64,000 bases of DNA, from positions 1 through 64,000 of IMG/VR virus record IMGVR_UViG_3300028840_001508, one strand, 5' to 3'. Below are positions 8,866-19,134 of the stretch, piece after piece; the first letter of the stretch is position 1; each line of letters begins with the position of its first letter. The position numbers and the translations under genes were made by a program. This DNA comes from a virus. The notes below the pieces were generated by a model, which was not told the origin of the DNA, did not search any database, and saw only the letters and a program-made list of their open reading frames with translations.

Positions 8866-9174
8866 GTGACAGTTGGCATGGCAGATGTAGATAGAGTGCT
8901 GATTTTATTTACTTGCGGTTGTGTCATAGGCTTTATATTTATGGAGGCATTCAAAGCTGATAACACCATTAGCTTGCCCGAAGGCGCAGTGATAACGAAA
9001 CAACTAGGCAACGGCTGGATATACTTCAAGCTAGACGGCAGATTGTATCTCTTGTCAATGCAAGGCAGATATTGCTGCTTGGCACAAGTGGATGCGGGCG
9101 ACTCAGAGAAGCAGGCTGCATGGCGTTGGGAAGAGCGGAACGGGGAATTGAGGTTTGTGAGAGGGGATAAATGA
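8866..9174 (+). CDS. Membrane-anchored hypothetical protein
   Basis: N-terminal hydrophobic helix. Confidence 0.5.
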   Translation: MTVGMADVDRVLILFTCGCVIGFIFMEAFKADNTISLPEGAVITKQLGNGWIYFKLDGRLYLLSMQGRYCCLAQVDAGDSEKQAAWRWEERNGELRFVRGDK

Positions 9175-9175
9175 T

Positions 9176-9667
9176 ATGATTTTTTTAATGCTGAGTATTG
9201 TATGTTTAATAGTATGTATCTTTGGTTATTACAAATGTATACCCCAAATAAAGCCACAATATGGCTATGTAGAATTTACATGGAGGGGTATAGTTATGAT
9301 AGTGTTTATCGGGTTGTGCGGATTCCTGGCTACTGTATTTATAATAGTATGTCCTATAGCATACTTCTGTAGTCTAGATACCTATGGAAATCTTATCGCC
9401 GCGCAGAAGCTTGTGCCACAATACGAGAAGGCTATAGCAGAGACGAAACTGGCTGTGGTTGAACTGAATAACGGCGATAGCACTATCGAAATCAGTGAGG
9501 GGTTGGCAAATTTGAAACATTCTACTCTGACCGCAGAGCGGATAGCAGAGATGCGAAATTACCTCAAATACTATTATGAGACGCTAGAAAGGTATCGTTT
9601 GTATAAAAGCATCTGGTTCTGTCGCAGGTTCATAGCGGATATGCCAGCGGTGTTGTTGGAGGAATAG
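9176..9667 (+). CDS. Two-TM membrane protein
   Basis: Two hydrophobic helices followed by a soluble helical tail. Confidence 0.6.
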   Translation: MIFLMLSIVCLIVCIFGYYKCIPQIKPQYGYVEFTWRGIVMIVFIGLCGFLATVFIIVCPIAYFCSLDTYGNLIAAQKLVPQYEKAIAETKLAVVELNNGDSTIEISEGLANLKHSTLTAERIAEMRNYLKYYYETLERYRLYKSIWFCRRFIADMPAVLLEE

Positions 9668-9730
9668 CGTATGAAGCGGTCAGTAACGAAACGATTGGCG
9701 AAATCTTACATGGCAATGAAAGGAGATAGC

Positions 9731-9967
9731 ATGAATACCGACGGTACAGGATGTATGGTTATGGCTATTATTACGTTGGCTATATTGGCTTTCAATATTT
9801 TCATCGGCGGCTTGCTGGTTCAGTATAGCGTGGAATACTGGGGAAGTAGGGCAAAAGAGAAGCAGGTTGACGTGAAATACTGGAAGTGTTGCTTGATAGC
9901 TATTCCATTGGCGGAGTTGGCGTTACCAGTGGCGGCAGTGACATGGATGATAAGCTGGTTTGATTAA
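9731..9967 (+). CDS. Small membrane protein
   Basis: AAGGAG RBS before ATG 9731; two hydrophobic stretches. Confidence 0.55.
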   Translation: MNTDGTGCMVMAIITLAILAFNIFIGGLLVQYSVEYWGSRAKEKQVDVKYWKCCLIAIPLAELALPVAAVTWMISWFD

Positions 9968-10049
9968 GCCCGGCAAGCGCAACCGGGCTTCGGGCGGCGT
10001 GGCAAACGCTGTCAGGTGGACGCCGCCCACTTTTACCACCTGGAGGGGT

Positions 10050-11144
10050 ATGATGGCGGATGATTTGGTTCAACTTGAAGATGGCGAATGGATGCGGATA
10101 GACAGGCGTTTGTGGGATGCGTTAAATAGATACAAATTCAATGAATTAGAATTAGTTGTTATTAAGAAAGTTATCCGGTGGACTTACGGCTGTGTCAAGC
10201 AAAGAGACGAAGACGCGGACAAGGATCAGGGACGTTATTGCATTGTAGGTAAACTGGAGGAGGCAGCAGCAGCTATGGGCTTACATCATCCAGCATTGAC
10301 CAGGACATTGCAGGCACTCCAGGAAAAACAGGTTATTTACGCTATGCTTAACAGCAGGCCGAAGGTTATCGTTTTTAATAAATACTGGCCTTCCTGGAAA
10401 GTGCCGCTGCGTAGCAAATACAGGGAGAAAGCAGATAGTGATTTGCTCACTAGAAACCTGAACTACAGTGCTGTGGACGAGGCTCTAGGAGAGGAAGCTT
10501 TCAGACAGATGAAGGTAGCTTATCAAATCGTTAAGGAGCTTAATGATTCGTTAAGAAAACCTTATCAAATCGTTAAGGAGCTTAACGAATCGTTAAGGAA
10601 AAATGACCAAAAGCTTAACGATTCGTTAAGGAAAAATCCTGTAGATACCAATAAAATCAATGATTCACAGCCTCTAAAAGATAATATAATAAAAGATAAT
10701 AATAATTATGATCATAATAGTATAACTACAGATCTTACTATAATACAGGGTGCAATTCTGCAAAAATGGGGTAAACAGATAAAACTAGTGCCGCCTGTTG
10801 CACAGATAATGAGTGCTATTCAGGAACACGGCAAACAGAAATTGCTTGAAGCTATCAATAGGATGCCTGTTATCCTCACGGAAGCGAAGCCCAATACACT
10901 GATGAGGTTTATAGATAAAACTGCCAGAAATCCGACGTGGTATAGGGCAGCAGAAACTAAGACAAATGAATTATCGTCTGATCAGGAATTAGCCGACGCG
11001 CAGCGGGTATATGACGCCATAGCGCAAGATGACTCGGCAGATAGGGATGATCCAAGTTATCAACAGGCGTTGCAGGATGCCAAACAACGGCTTGAAAGAG
11101 CGAAGGAGGAACACGATGCAGAACGTAATGGACGCAGTGATTGA
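10050..11144 (+). CDS. Phage replication initiator (lambda O-like, winged helix)
   Basis: QLEDGEWMRI...IRWTYG...FNKYWPSW N-terminus resembling phage rep O; internal iterons; KDNIIKDN linker; GGAGGGG RBS. Confidence 0.75.
   Translation: MMADDLVQLEDGEWMRIDRRLWDALNRYKFNELELVVIKKVIRWTYGCVKQRDEDADKDQGRYCIVGKLEEAAAAMGLHHPALTRTLQALQEKQVIYAMLNSRPKVIVFNKYWPSWKVPLRSKYREKADSDLLTRNLNYSAVDEALGEEAFRQMKVAYQIVKELNDSLRKPYQIVKELNESLRKNDQKLNDSLRKNPVDTNKINDSQPLKDNIIKDNNNYDHNSITTDLTIIQGAILQKWGKQIKLVPPVAQIMSAIQEHGKQKLLEAINRMPVILTEAKPNTLMRFIDKTARNPTWYRAAETKTNELSSDQELADAQRVYDAIAQDDSADRDDPSYQQALQDAKQRLERAKEEHDAERNGRSD
10519..10745. promoter_or_regulatory. Putative replication origin: five 17-bp palindromic iterons plus AT-rich tract
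   Basis: CTTAWYRAWTCGTTAAG at 10519, 10539, 10561, 10581 and 10614 inside the rep gene, followed by an AT-rich stretch. Confidence 0.75.
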
Positions 11145-11553
11145 CGTAGCTAGAGAAGGTGAACACAGTCCATTGTCCAGGCGATACGCTGAAATGCTTG
11201 ATGCTATGCAGAAGGGGTATCTTACGCAAAAGGAGATGGAGCGAGTATCATTTTGTGATCTGGAGCAGCAGAGATATGATGGTAAACTACGCACGAATAG
11301 ATATATCCCATCTGTGACGGATAGCGCAAGCGATGAGCAGGTAAAGTCCTGGCGGATAGCAGAAGGGCAGAATTGGGCTGATGGGAACTGGCTGGAACGA
11401 CTGTCGGCATTCTCCAAGGAACACGAACTGACCATGAACGAAAAGGAAGCGCAGTGGCATATATATGTCCATGAGGGTATAATAGGACAAGAAGTTGCCG
11501 CATATCTGAAATACTACGGTAGCAGTAAGGATATGGCGGATGTGCAGTCTTAG
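11116..11553 (+). CDS. Hypothetical protein after rep
   Basis: AAGGAGG RBS before MQNVMDA. Confidence 0.55.
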   Translation: MQNVMDAVIDVAREGEHSPLSRRYAEMLDAMQKGYLTQKEMERVSFCDLEQQRYDGKLRTNRYIPSVTDSASDEQVKSWRIAEGQNWADGNWLERLSAFSKEHELTMNEKEAQWHIYVHEGIIGQEVAAYLKYYGSSKDMADVQS

Positions 11554-11587
11554 TATGCTGGATAGGGGTATGAAAGGAGAGCATATC

Positions 11588-11956
11588 ATGGGTATATGTG
11601 GTTGTGGTGAGTATGATGCTGTTTATAGATTTAAAGGGCCGGGCGAAATAACGTATGTCGTTCAAATCTATCCAGGATGTAATGAATGCTGTACGCCCGC
11701 GGGTATAATTCTGTATGCCTTTACAGAAGAGGATATGGAGTTATGGGACGCTATAGAGTTACCTGAGTTTCAAATTCACAATGAAGGTACAGGTATTCCT
11801 GTCATAGATCCAGCTATATTAAAGGGGCGTATGTCAAAAGTTTGTGGTGAAGATACAGAAGAGGCTATAATGTGTGAGGAGCTAATAGATAACCTCTTTG
11901 AAGGGGCGGTCAGTGCCACTATAGAAGATGATAGAAGGAAGATAGCTAAGTTATGA
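11588..11956 (+). CDS. Cys-rich acidic hypothetical protein
   Basis: AAAGGAG RBS; CGC and CNECC motifs. Confidence 0.55.
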   Translation: MGICGCGEYDAVYRFKGPGEITYVVQIYPGCNECCTPAGIILYAFTEEDMELWDAIELPEFQIHNEGTGIPVIDPAILKGRMSKVCGEDTEEAIMCEELIDNLFEGAVSATIEDDRRKIAKL

Positions 11957-12200
11957 TGCATGTAATCCGCAACAGGCACATATATCTCTTCGCTTCGACA
12001 GGCAGTTACAGCTTAGTAATAAGCTGTCAAAGATGTGCTATAGGTATATATTGGTACTGGAGGCCTGTTCCTAGATGGTATTTTTGGTATGATGCATTTG
12101 GCTTAGGGTGGCATCGTTGCAGATATAAAAGAAACAGGCTAGATGAAATTGGTATAAGTTTGGGTTTTCTGCGCGTAGATATAGAATGGTGAGGTACGAC

Positions 12201-12890
12201 ATGGGCAAAAAACAAGGTAAAAGTGGAATAGAATGGTGTGATTATACCAGCAACATGGTCTTAGGTCGCTGCCCTATGAAGCCAAACTGTCATTACTGTT
12301 ACATGACATCATTCTATCACCGCTTCGGGATAGATGAGACTATACGACTCAGTGAAAAGGAACTGAAGTGGCATCCCCGGACGACAGGTCAGCGCATCTT
12401 CGTGGGCAGTAACCTTGACCTATTCCATCCAGATATTCCACACGAATGGAAACAGGCTATCGTAGAGAAGGCGATAAAGGATAAGCAGAATGTATATATG
12501 TTTCTGACGAAGCTGCCACGGGAGTATGGCGTATACTGCCGCGGGGTCTATCCAAATATCTGGTGGGGTACGACGTGGGATGGAACTGAAAGAACTCTAC
12601 GGAACCTGGTAGATTTATACAGCCACGCAATAGGGAATCTATTTGCAAGCTTTGAGCCATTGCTGGCGGAGCCTGCTGTTAGCAGCGGAATAGACCTTGA
12701 TTGGATCATAATAGGCGCAGACAGCAGGCCGGGTGCAAAGAAGCCGCCGATAGAATGGGCGGAAAAGTTAGTTAGAACGGGCAAGGTGTTCCATATACCA
12801 GTCTTTATCAAAAGCAACTATGGCTATCCTAAGAAGATCCAGCAATGGCCGGATAGCATGATGGAGTATTTGGGACGGATAAGAAGATAA
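12201..12890 (+). CDS. DUF5131 / Gp37Gp68-family protein (radical-SAM-like)
   Basis: SGIEWCDYTSN, C..CHYCY, IFVGSNLDLFH, FLTK, FASFEPLL, WIIIGA motifs. Confidence 0.85.
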   Translation: MGKKQGKSGIEWCDYTSNMVLGRCPMKPNCHYCYMTSFYHRFGIDETIRLSEKELKWHPRTTGQRIFVGSNLDLFHPDIPHEWKQAIVEKAIKDKQNVYMFLTKLPREYGVYCRGVYPNIWWGTTWDGTERTLRNLVDLYSHAIGNLFASFEPLLAEPAVSSGIDLDWIIIGADSRPGAKKPPIEWAEKLVRTGKVFHIPVFIKSNYGYPKKIQQWPDSMMEYLGRIRR

Positions 12891-12894
12891 GAAG

Positions 12895-13443
12895 ATGGTA
12901 ATGCAAAAAGTTTATACTGTATTTCACAGAATATTCAGTAAACCAGAACCAGTGCCAGAACCAGCAGAAGAGCTTGAACATGGTTTGGCATTGGAGGAGA
13001 AGGTAAAGATACTAAAAGAACATAGCAGTGTAGGTGCTTTCCTGAAGCTACTGGCAGGATTGCTATATGAAGTATCAGTATCTACGGGTAGTAAGTCTCT
13101 TGGGAAGTATCGGTTGAGCAAAAGCGTGAGTATTTACGGTTATGAATGGTATTGGCTTTGTGATACGGATGGAAACGATATGCTGTCTGTTGGCGCAAGA
13201 GTAGATATTGAATTTGCAGTAAATAACTATAGTCTGTATAGCACTAATCTACCGCAGCTAATGGAGGCATATATGGCTTTGAAAGACCTGAAAGCACGAC
13301 AGGATGCCGAAGCCAGATTAGCAATAGCCGAGAAAGAAAGGTTGAAAACCGAATATCTTGCAGAAGTAACCAAGCAGAAAGAAATGTTGCCGATAGACGA
13401 GATAGTGCGGGAGAATGCAGACGGAGGTGAAAGGAATGGCTAA
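12895..13443 (+). CDS. Hypothetical protein with coiled-coil tail
   Basis: 182 aa ORF in operon. Confidence 0.55.
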   Translation: MVMQKVYTVFHRIFSKPEPVPEPAEELEHGLALEEKVKILKEHSSVGAFLKLLAGLLYEVSVSTGSKSLGKYRLSKSVSIYGYEWYWLCDTDGNDMLSVGARVDIEFAVNNYSLYSTNLPQLMEAYMALKDLKARQDAEARLAIAEKERLKTEYLAEVTKQKEMLPIDEIVRENADGGERNG

Positions 13444-13870
13444 ACTATATACAATCGGCTATGGACGCACAACCTGGCATGACTTCTTCCAGCGTCTTCT
13501 CGATGCTGACATATCCTGCGTGGTAGACATACGCCGCGAATGTAGCAAGTCGCGTAACGGCAAGGCATTCTGGTGGGGGTGTTCGCCTTATGGAGACCTC
13601 TATATGGGGGACAGGCTATTTGAGGCGGGGATAGGGTATTTTATGATACCTGATTTATCGAAAGATGCAAGTGAAAGCATGACATCATTCCGACAACGAC
13701 TCGACAAATTTCCTATAGTAAGGGGATTAGCCCGAATAGACAGTATTTTTCGGCATTTTGATACAGGCATCTGCCTGCTATGCTGTGAGCGCGACTACAG
13801 GCAGTGTCACCGGCGGATAGTGGCAGAGGTAGTGGCTGATCAATTGGAGCTGGAAGTAGTGCTTTTGTGA
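13436..13870 (+). CDS. DUF488-family protein
   Basis: LYTIGYG, VVDIR, LLCCERDYRQCHRRIVA motifs. Confidence 0.8.
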   Translation: MAKLYTIGYGRTTWHDFFQRLLDADISCVVDIRRECSKSRNGKAFWWGCSPYGDLYMGDRLFEAGIGYFMIPDLSKDASESMTSFRQRLDKFPIVRGLARIDSIFRHFDTGICLLCCERDYRQCHRRIVAEVVADQLELEVVLL

Positions 13871-13883
13871 AAGGAGATAGATT

Positions 13884-14399
13884 ATGAGTAGTTTCAAATA
13901 TGCCTTAATTGTAATAGGCGGGTGTGCGTTTTTGGCTGTGTCTATATTTCTTATAGGCTATCATGATGGAAGAGAGGCAGAACGAGCAAAATATGAGAGG
14001 GAATTGTATTCTGTTGATACGGTTCCTGATATGCTGTCCAGCGACCTAGCGCCTAGTATTGACATGAAGCCTAAAGCGGCAGATGTCATAGAAGAGACGG
14101 GATCGCCAGACCTTGCGCCATATAGTATCCATTGGTTTCAAATACAATATGGTGGTGGTCTATCATCATCATGGCGGGCTTACCTTTACGTCCCTTTTGG
14201 AATGGGCGAAGCTGTCAAATGTAAGCTTGAAAGCCTTATATTTGTCGATGGCGTAGTGATACGAAACTCTATGCTATATAGGAACCCCAAAGACGACAGG
14301 CTGGAGGTAGAGTTATCACAGCGGGCGAACAAGGCACACACTGAGCGACTAGAGGCTATGCTGCCAGGGATAATTGATGCAGCGAAGAGGGGGTTGTAA
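13884..14399 (+). CDS. Membrane-anchored hypothetical protein
   Basis: N-terminal TM helix; AAAGGAG RBS. Confidence 0.6.
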   Translation: MSSFKYALIVIGGCAFLAVSIFLIGYHDGREAERAKYERELYSVDTVPDMLSSDLAPSIDMKPKAADVIEETGSPDLAPYSIHWFQIQYGGGLSSSWRAYLYVPFGMGEAVKCKLESLIFVDGVVIRNSMLYRNPKDDRLEVELSQRANKAHTERLEAMLPGIIDAAKRGL

Positions 14400-14627
14400 T
14401 GCGATTTACAGGTGATGGAAGACAGCAGGAAATCAAGCGTAAGTGTGCGGCTGCCAGGAGACGCAAACTACATAAGCAGCGGCTATATGTAAAGCGCAGC
14501 AGGGCTATGGGACGGGATATATGCGCTTTTGATTGGTTCAAGATGGGATGGGGTAGTATCGTGGAGGCTTGGGCAAAGGGCAAGATAAAGGGCTTGACGA
14601 AACTTTGGGTAGAGCAGAAAGGGGATA

Positions 14628-15494
14628 ATGATGATTATTAACTCTCGACTGGACACCGACCTATATAAGTTGACAATGTGGAAATATGTTAAAGAATATG
14701 CACCCGATATAAACGTGACATATCAGTTCATCTGTCGCAATAAAGATGCGCAGTTGACCAGATATATAAAAGAAAGCGAGTTGCGTGATGAACTAAGCCA
14801 CGTCAGGACGCTGTTCTTTACTGGTGACGAATTGCGTTATCTTTCTAATCTCTATATAGGTACTCAACCTGTGTTTTCGTGGTTTGAAGCTAACCTTATG
14901 AATGCCTGCGAACCGCCTGCCTATGAGTTAAGGTTTACGGATGATAGTATATACCTCATATTCTCAGGCAAATGGCGTGACGCCATCTGGTGGGAGACGC
15001 ATCCGGCGGTGATGCGTAGCTGGCAGAAACTCTATCCGTATGAGATGCGGATAGATTTGCCGGATACCTTCGGATCGGAATATGCTATAGAGCAGATGAC
15101 GCGGGAAACCTTTGACCAGTGGCGAGGCTTCAGACAGGATTCAGGCGATCCAAGCGGGTTCGCCCAAATACTACACGACAGATGCGTAGAATTAGGCGTG
15201 GATATGAAAGAGAAAACACTAATTTTCAGCGATGGCCTGGATGTGCAGACTATTGTAGCCCTGGCGGAAGTCTGGGATCACTTTGATATTTCGTTCGGCT
15301 GGGGTACGAACCTAACCTGCGACCTGCTGGTTCCGCCCATTTCCATAGTAATCAAGCTGGTGAAGTCATGCGGGCAGGGCGTGGTGAAGTTAAGTGATAC
15401 TCCTGCGAAGGCACAAGGCCCGCCTACGCTTGTAGGATACATGAAAAAGCTGTTTGAATATACAGAGCAGAAATATATCCCAACACGATATTGA
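14628..15494 (+). CDS. pncB: Nicotinate phosphoribosyltransferase with an in-frame internal deletion (possibly inactive)
   Basis: LDTDLYKLTM, GFRQDSGDP, LIFSDGLD, SFGWGTNLT, IVIKL, KLSD motifs present; central DFGTRR / GTSN / GTxAHE segment absent. Confidence 0.85.
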   Translation: MMIINSRLDTDLYKLTMWKYVKEYAPDINVTYQFICRNKDAQLTRYIKESELRDELSHVRTLFFTGDELRYLSNLYIGTQPVFSWFEANLMNACEPPAYELRFTDDSIYLIFSGKWRDAIWWETHPAVMRSWQKLYPYEMRIDLPDTFGSEYAIEQMTRETFDQWRGFRQDSGDPSGFAQILHDRCVELGVDMKEKTLIFSDGLDVQTIVALAEVWDHFDISFGWGTNLTCDLLVPPISIVIKLVKSCGQGVVKLSDTPAKAQGPPTLVGYMKKLFEYTEQKYIPTRY

Positions 15495-15503
15495 GAGGTT
15501 GAT

Positions 15504-16241
15504 ATGAATATAATATCAAAATATGAGATAGCGGGCGGAAGTGTAACAGGCACAATGCACCTTCAGCCATTGCGGTGGAGAAACAACCAGGACGCGTATA
15601 GGTGGCGAGCGGGAGCGGACTGTTTGGTGGCGGGTGTAGCTGATGGTTGTAGTGACGGGCAGTATAGTGAAGTAGGCGCGCACGTGGGGTTGGGGCTTAT
15701 GCTGAAGGCGGCACAGCGGGGGTATGTAAAGTGTTTTGGTGCGCTACATAGTGCGTCGTTTGAGCAGTATATACAAAACGACCTAGATTACAGGCTTCAC
15801 CTCTTCGCGGAATCTATGGATCTGAATAAATATGGTTTATTCGACTATCTGCTATTTAGTATCATCGGCGTGGTTCTTTCTGAAAGGACGGGTTGTGTCT
15901 TTCACTGCGGCGACGGCTATTATTTTATCAATGGTGACAAGACACAGCTTGGGCCATATCCAGATAATAAGCCGCAATATTTCGCATATAACCTGATATG
16001 GCCGGATGTGTGGATGAGGTTCGCCTACTTCGACGTAAGCAAGCTGGAATCGCTGTTGATAGCCACCGACGGTCTGGTACACGTTCCCGATCCGTCTATC
16101 TTCTGGACAGATGATAGGTTCTTCAGGAACAAAGACCAGGTGCGGCGGCAGCTTGCACTATACAACAGGAAAGATGGTATACTGAAAGACGACACGACGC
16201 TGATCGTTATCAGGAGGAAACATGGCGATACTGGTAAATAA
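15504..16241 (+). CDS. PP2C-family protein phosphatase (YegK/TerY-P type)
   Basis: GSVTG..H, NQDA, VADGCS, CGDG, IATDG, DDTTL motifs. Confidence 0.85.
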   Translation: MNIISKYEIAGGSVTGTMHLQPLRWRNNQDAYRWRAGADCLVAGVADGCSDGQYSEVGAHVGLGLMLKAAQRGYVKCFGALHSASFEQYIQNDLDYRLHLFAESMDLNKYGLFDYLLFSIIGVVLSERTGCVFHCGDGYYFINGDKTQLGPYPDNKPQYFAYNLIWPDVWMRFAYFDVSKLESLLIATDGLVHVPDPSIFWTDDRFFRNKDQVRRQLALYNRKDGILKDDTTLIVIRRKHGDTGK

Positions 16242-18087
16242 CAGGCGAATCACGATAAAGCCGTCCATGTCTATCGGTAAGGGCGGTGAGGCTGACGTAT
16301 ATATGCTGGATAGCCAGACCGCGCTCAAGCTATTCAAGCAGCCAGACCATCCTGACTTCGCTGGAAACTTACAAGCGCAGCAGGCAAGCAGGGAAAGATT
16401 AAAAGAACACCAGCGAAAACTTCCAGCCTTTCCAGCGGGCTTGCCTGTGGCAGTGGTGAAGCCGATAGACCTGGCACGGGACGATAGAGGAATAATCCTG
16501 GGATATACCATGCAGCTTGTGAAAAAGGCAGAGCCTATCCTGCGATATAGCGAGAGAAGCTATCACAATGCTGGGTTGAGTATGAACAAGGTGATACAGG
16601 TATTCCATGAGTTACATGTAGCAGTTACGGGAATTCACGCCAAGAGCGTAGTGATAGGCGACTTCAATGACCTGAACATCCTCATATCCCAGGCAGTGAG
16701 TACCGTCAGCCTGATCGATGCTGACAGCTACCAGTACGGCGGCTTCTATTGCCATCTGTTTACCATGCAGTTCATAGACCCGCTGCTATGCGATGCTACA
16801 CAGAAGATACCGATGCCGATAAAGACATACAATACAGATTCAGACTGGTACGCATATAACGTAATGCTCGTGCGATCCCTGTTATGTGTAGACCCCTACG
16901 GCGGAATCTACCGCCCGAAAAACAAGGCAAACCGTATACCGCAGACTATGAGACCGCTACGCAGAATCAGCGTTTTCCACAAAGAAGTCACATATCCGAA
17001 GCCCGCCTTTCCGCTGGATACCTTGCCGGATGAGCTGCTTCAGCACTTCTGTCTGTGCTTCGGGAAAGACCAGCGCGGCGTATTCCCTGAGAAGCTTATC
17101 AGGTCGTTGCGCTGGGCACGATGTAGGGTTTGTGGCGCTGAATATGCACGTCCAGTCTGCCCTGTCTGTCACAAGGGAAGGCAAGCTGCGAGGTTGGTTA
17201 CTGTGCGGGGGAATGTGACGTGCAGGAACGTATACAGGACTATGGGCAGGATAGTTTTTGCAGTATATCAAGACGGGATGCGCTGGTTGGAAGTGAGAGG
17301 CGATAAGCTATTCAGAGAGAATGGGTATGAGTTGCGGCATTACTATTCCTCTGCACCGAATATTAAATATGAGATTAGTGGACATATTACAATATGTGCA
17401 GATAGAGAATGGGTTGTTGCTGATACGGGCGATGGAAAAATATGGTCACGTTTAGCCGAGACGGTGGGAGCATCGTCAGCTATAGCCGCCAATTCCAATC
17501 ACATCTACTGGTGCAGCCTTGGACGGATAATGCGTAATGGTGACATGGCTGACTTCTATATAGGTGATACGTTGGAAAATCAGACGCAGATATGGGTTGG
17601 CGAGAGGTTCGGGTTTGGCTTCTACCGGGCGGGGAAAATAGAGCAGGCTTTCGTGTTTGATGCTGAACGGGCGGGAATCAATGACAATGTGGCACTACCT
17701 CGCATGACGGGGCAGTTGCTTGATGCCGCCTGCGCATTCAGCAGGGAGTTATGTTGGTTCTTCGCTACATTACAGGATGGGCAGCGCAGGGTAAATCGGT
17801 GTACCATCATAACCAGGAAGGGGGAAGTAATCACGAGTATAGAGGAGCCTACAGGCTCAGACAAGTGGCTTGGAACTATTAGCGGGAAAATAGCAACAGG
17901 TAATTCCCTGTTATGTCCGACTGATAACGGCGTTGTACGCGTGGTGGTAGATGACGCTGGTATAACAGAGGTCAAGACATTCCCCGATACTGAGCCATTT
18001 GTGGATTCTTCAGTCAGTTTACTTGCAGGGAAAGAGGGACTTTATATAGTCAAACAGCAGGAGATAAACCTGCTAACGATACGGTGA
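16222..18087 (+). CDS. Ser/Thr protein kinase (YegI/TerY-P type) with zinc ribbon and beta-rich C-terminal domain
   Basis: IGKGGEADVY, ALKLF, IGDFNDLNIL, LIDADS; CRVC..CPVC. Confidence 0.85.
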   Translation: MAILVNNRRITIKPSMSIGKGGEADVYMLDSQTALKLFKQPDHPDFAGNLQAQQASRERLKEHQRKLPAFPAGLPVAVVKPIDLARDDRGIILGYTMQLVKKAEPILRYSERSYHNAGLSMNKVIQVFHELHVAVTGIHAKSVVIGDFNDLNILISQAVSTVSLIDADSYQYGGFYCHLFTMQFIDPLLCDATQKIPMPIKTYNTDSDWYAYNVMLVRSLLCVDPYGGIYRPKNKANRIPQTMRPLRRISVFHKEVTYPKPAFPLDTLPDELLQHFCLCFGKDQRGVFPEKLIRSLRWARCRVCGAEYARPVCPVCHKGRQAARLVTVRGNVTCRNVYRTMGRIVFAVYQDGMRWLEVRGDKLFRENGYELRHYYSSAPNIKYEISGHITICADREWVVADTGDGKIWSRLAETVGASSAIAANSNHIYWCSLGRIMRNGDMADFYIGDTLENQTQIWVGERFGFGFYRAGKIEQAFVFDAERAGINDNVALPRMTGQLLDAACAFSRELCWFFATLQDGQRRVNRCTIITRKGEVITSIEEPTGSDKWLGTISGKIATGNSLLCPTDNGVVRVVVDDAGITEVKTFPDTEPFVDSSVSLLAGKEGLYIVKQQEINLLTIR

Positions 18088-18099
18088 AAGGAGAGAATC

Positions 18100-19122
18100 A
18101 TGTATAAGCAATTGCCAGTTCCAGATTTTTTTGATAGCGCAAAAGTAGGTGAAGTATGGCGTGTTCCATATCAGCAGCGGGCGGAAGATGCGAAGTCCTG
18201 GGCGTCTACACATGCCCTACCCGCGGCAGCGAAGGACAAAACGAAGGTCACGTTGATGCTGGTAGATGTGCAAAATACTTTTTGCATTCCTGACTACGAG
18301 TTATTCGTAGCGGGTGCAGTCGAGGATAACACGCGGCTATGTGAGTTCATCTACCGAAACCTTGGAGTCATAACGCAGATAGTTCCAAGTATGGATACCC
18401 ACACAGCCATGCAGATATTCCACGCCATCTTCTTCGTCAATGACGCTGGCGAGCATCCTACGCCAGGCGCTACAGTGATTACTGTTGATGATATAAAGAA
18501 TGGGACGTGGAAAGTAAATCCTGCCGTGGCGGGCATCGCTGGCGGAAACTACAAGGCGCTTGCTATGCACGCCTTGAGTTATACAGAGAAACTCAGCGGC
18601 GGCGGTAAGTATGCGCTTATGATCTGGCCGTATCATGCTATGCTGGGCGGCATCGGACATGCCCTGGTGTCGGCTGTGGAAGAGGCGTGTTTTGTGCATA
18701 ACGTAGCACGTAGGAGTCAGACGCTATTCCAGATAAAGGGTGGCAATCCACTGACTGAGAACTATTCCGTTTTGCGACCGGAGGTAATGGAGGGCCCTGG
18801 CGGAAATCCCATAGCTCAGAAGAATGTGGGCTTCATCAAGATCCTGCTGGAATCTGATATGGTAGTCATAGCAGGACAGGCAAAGAGCCATTGCGTGGCC
18901 TGGACTATCGCAAACTTACTTGGTGAAATCCAGGCGCAAGATCCGGAACTCGTGAAAAAAGTCTATTTGCTAGAAGATTGTACTTCACCTGTTGTTATCC
19001 CAGGCGTGATAGACTTCACTGACCAGGCAAATGAGGCATTCCAGCGGTTTGCTGATGCGGGAATGCACGTAGTCAAATCAACCGATCCTGTGGATACATG
19101 GCCGGATATAACACTGGATTGA
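18100..19122 (+). CDS. Nicotinamidase / isochorismatase-family cysteine hydrolase (long PncA-like)
   Basis: VDVQNTF (Asp), DTH and WPYHA metal ligands, IKGGN (Lys), AKSHCV (Cys). Confidence 0.85.
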   Translation: MYKQLPVPDFFDSAKVGEVWRVPYQQRAEDAKSWASTHALPAAAKDKTKVTLMLVDVQNTFCIPDYELFVAGAVEDNTRLCEFIYRNLGVITQIVPSMDTHTAMQIFHAIFFVNDAGEHPTPGATVITVDDIKNGTWKVNPAVAGIAGGNYKALAMHALSYTEKLSGGGKYALMIWPYHAMLGGIGHALVSAVEEACFVHNVARRSQTLFQIKGGNPLTENYSVLRPEVMEGPGGNPIAQKNVGFIKILLESDMVVIAGQAKSHCVAWTIANLLGEIQAQDPELVKKVYLLEDCTSPVVIPGVIDFTDQANEAFQRFADAGMHVVKSTDPVDTWPDITLD

Positions 19123-19134
19123 AAGGAGAGAATC

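Noticed and set aside
10519-10630. Repeats as a mini-CRISPR array
   Set aside because: Units are 17 bp with 3-16 bp gaps inside a coding gene; this fits iterons, not repeat-spacer structure
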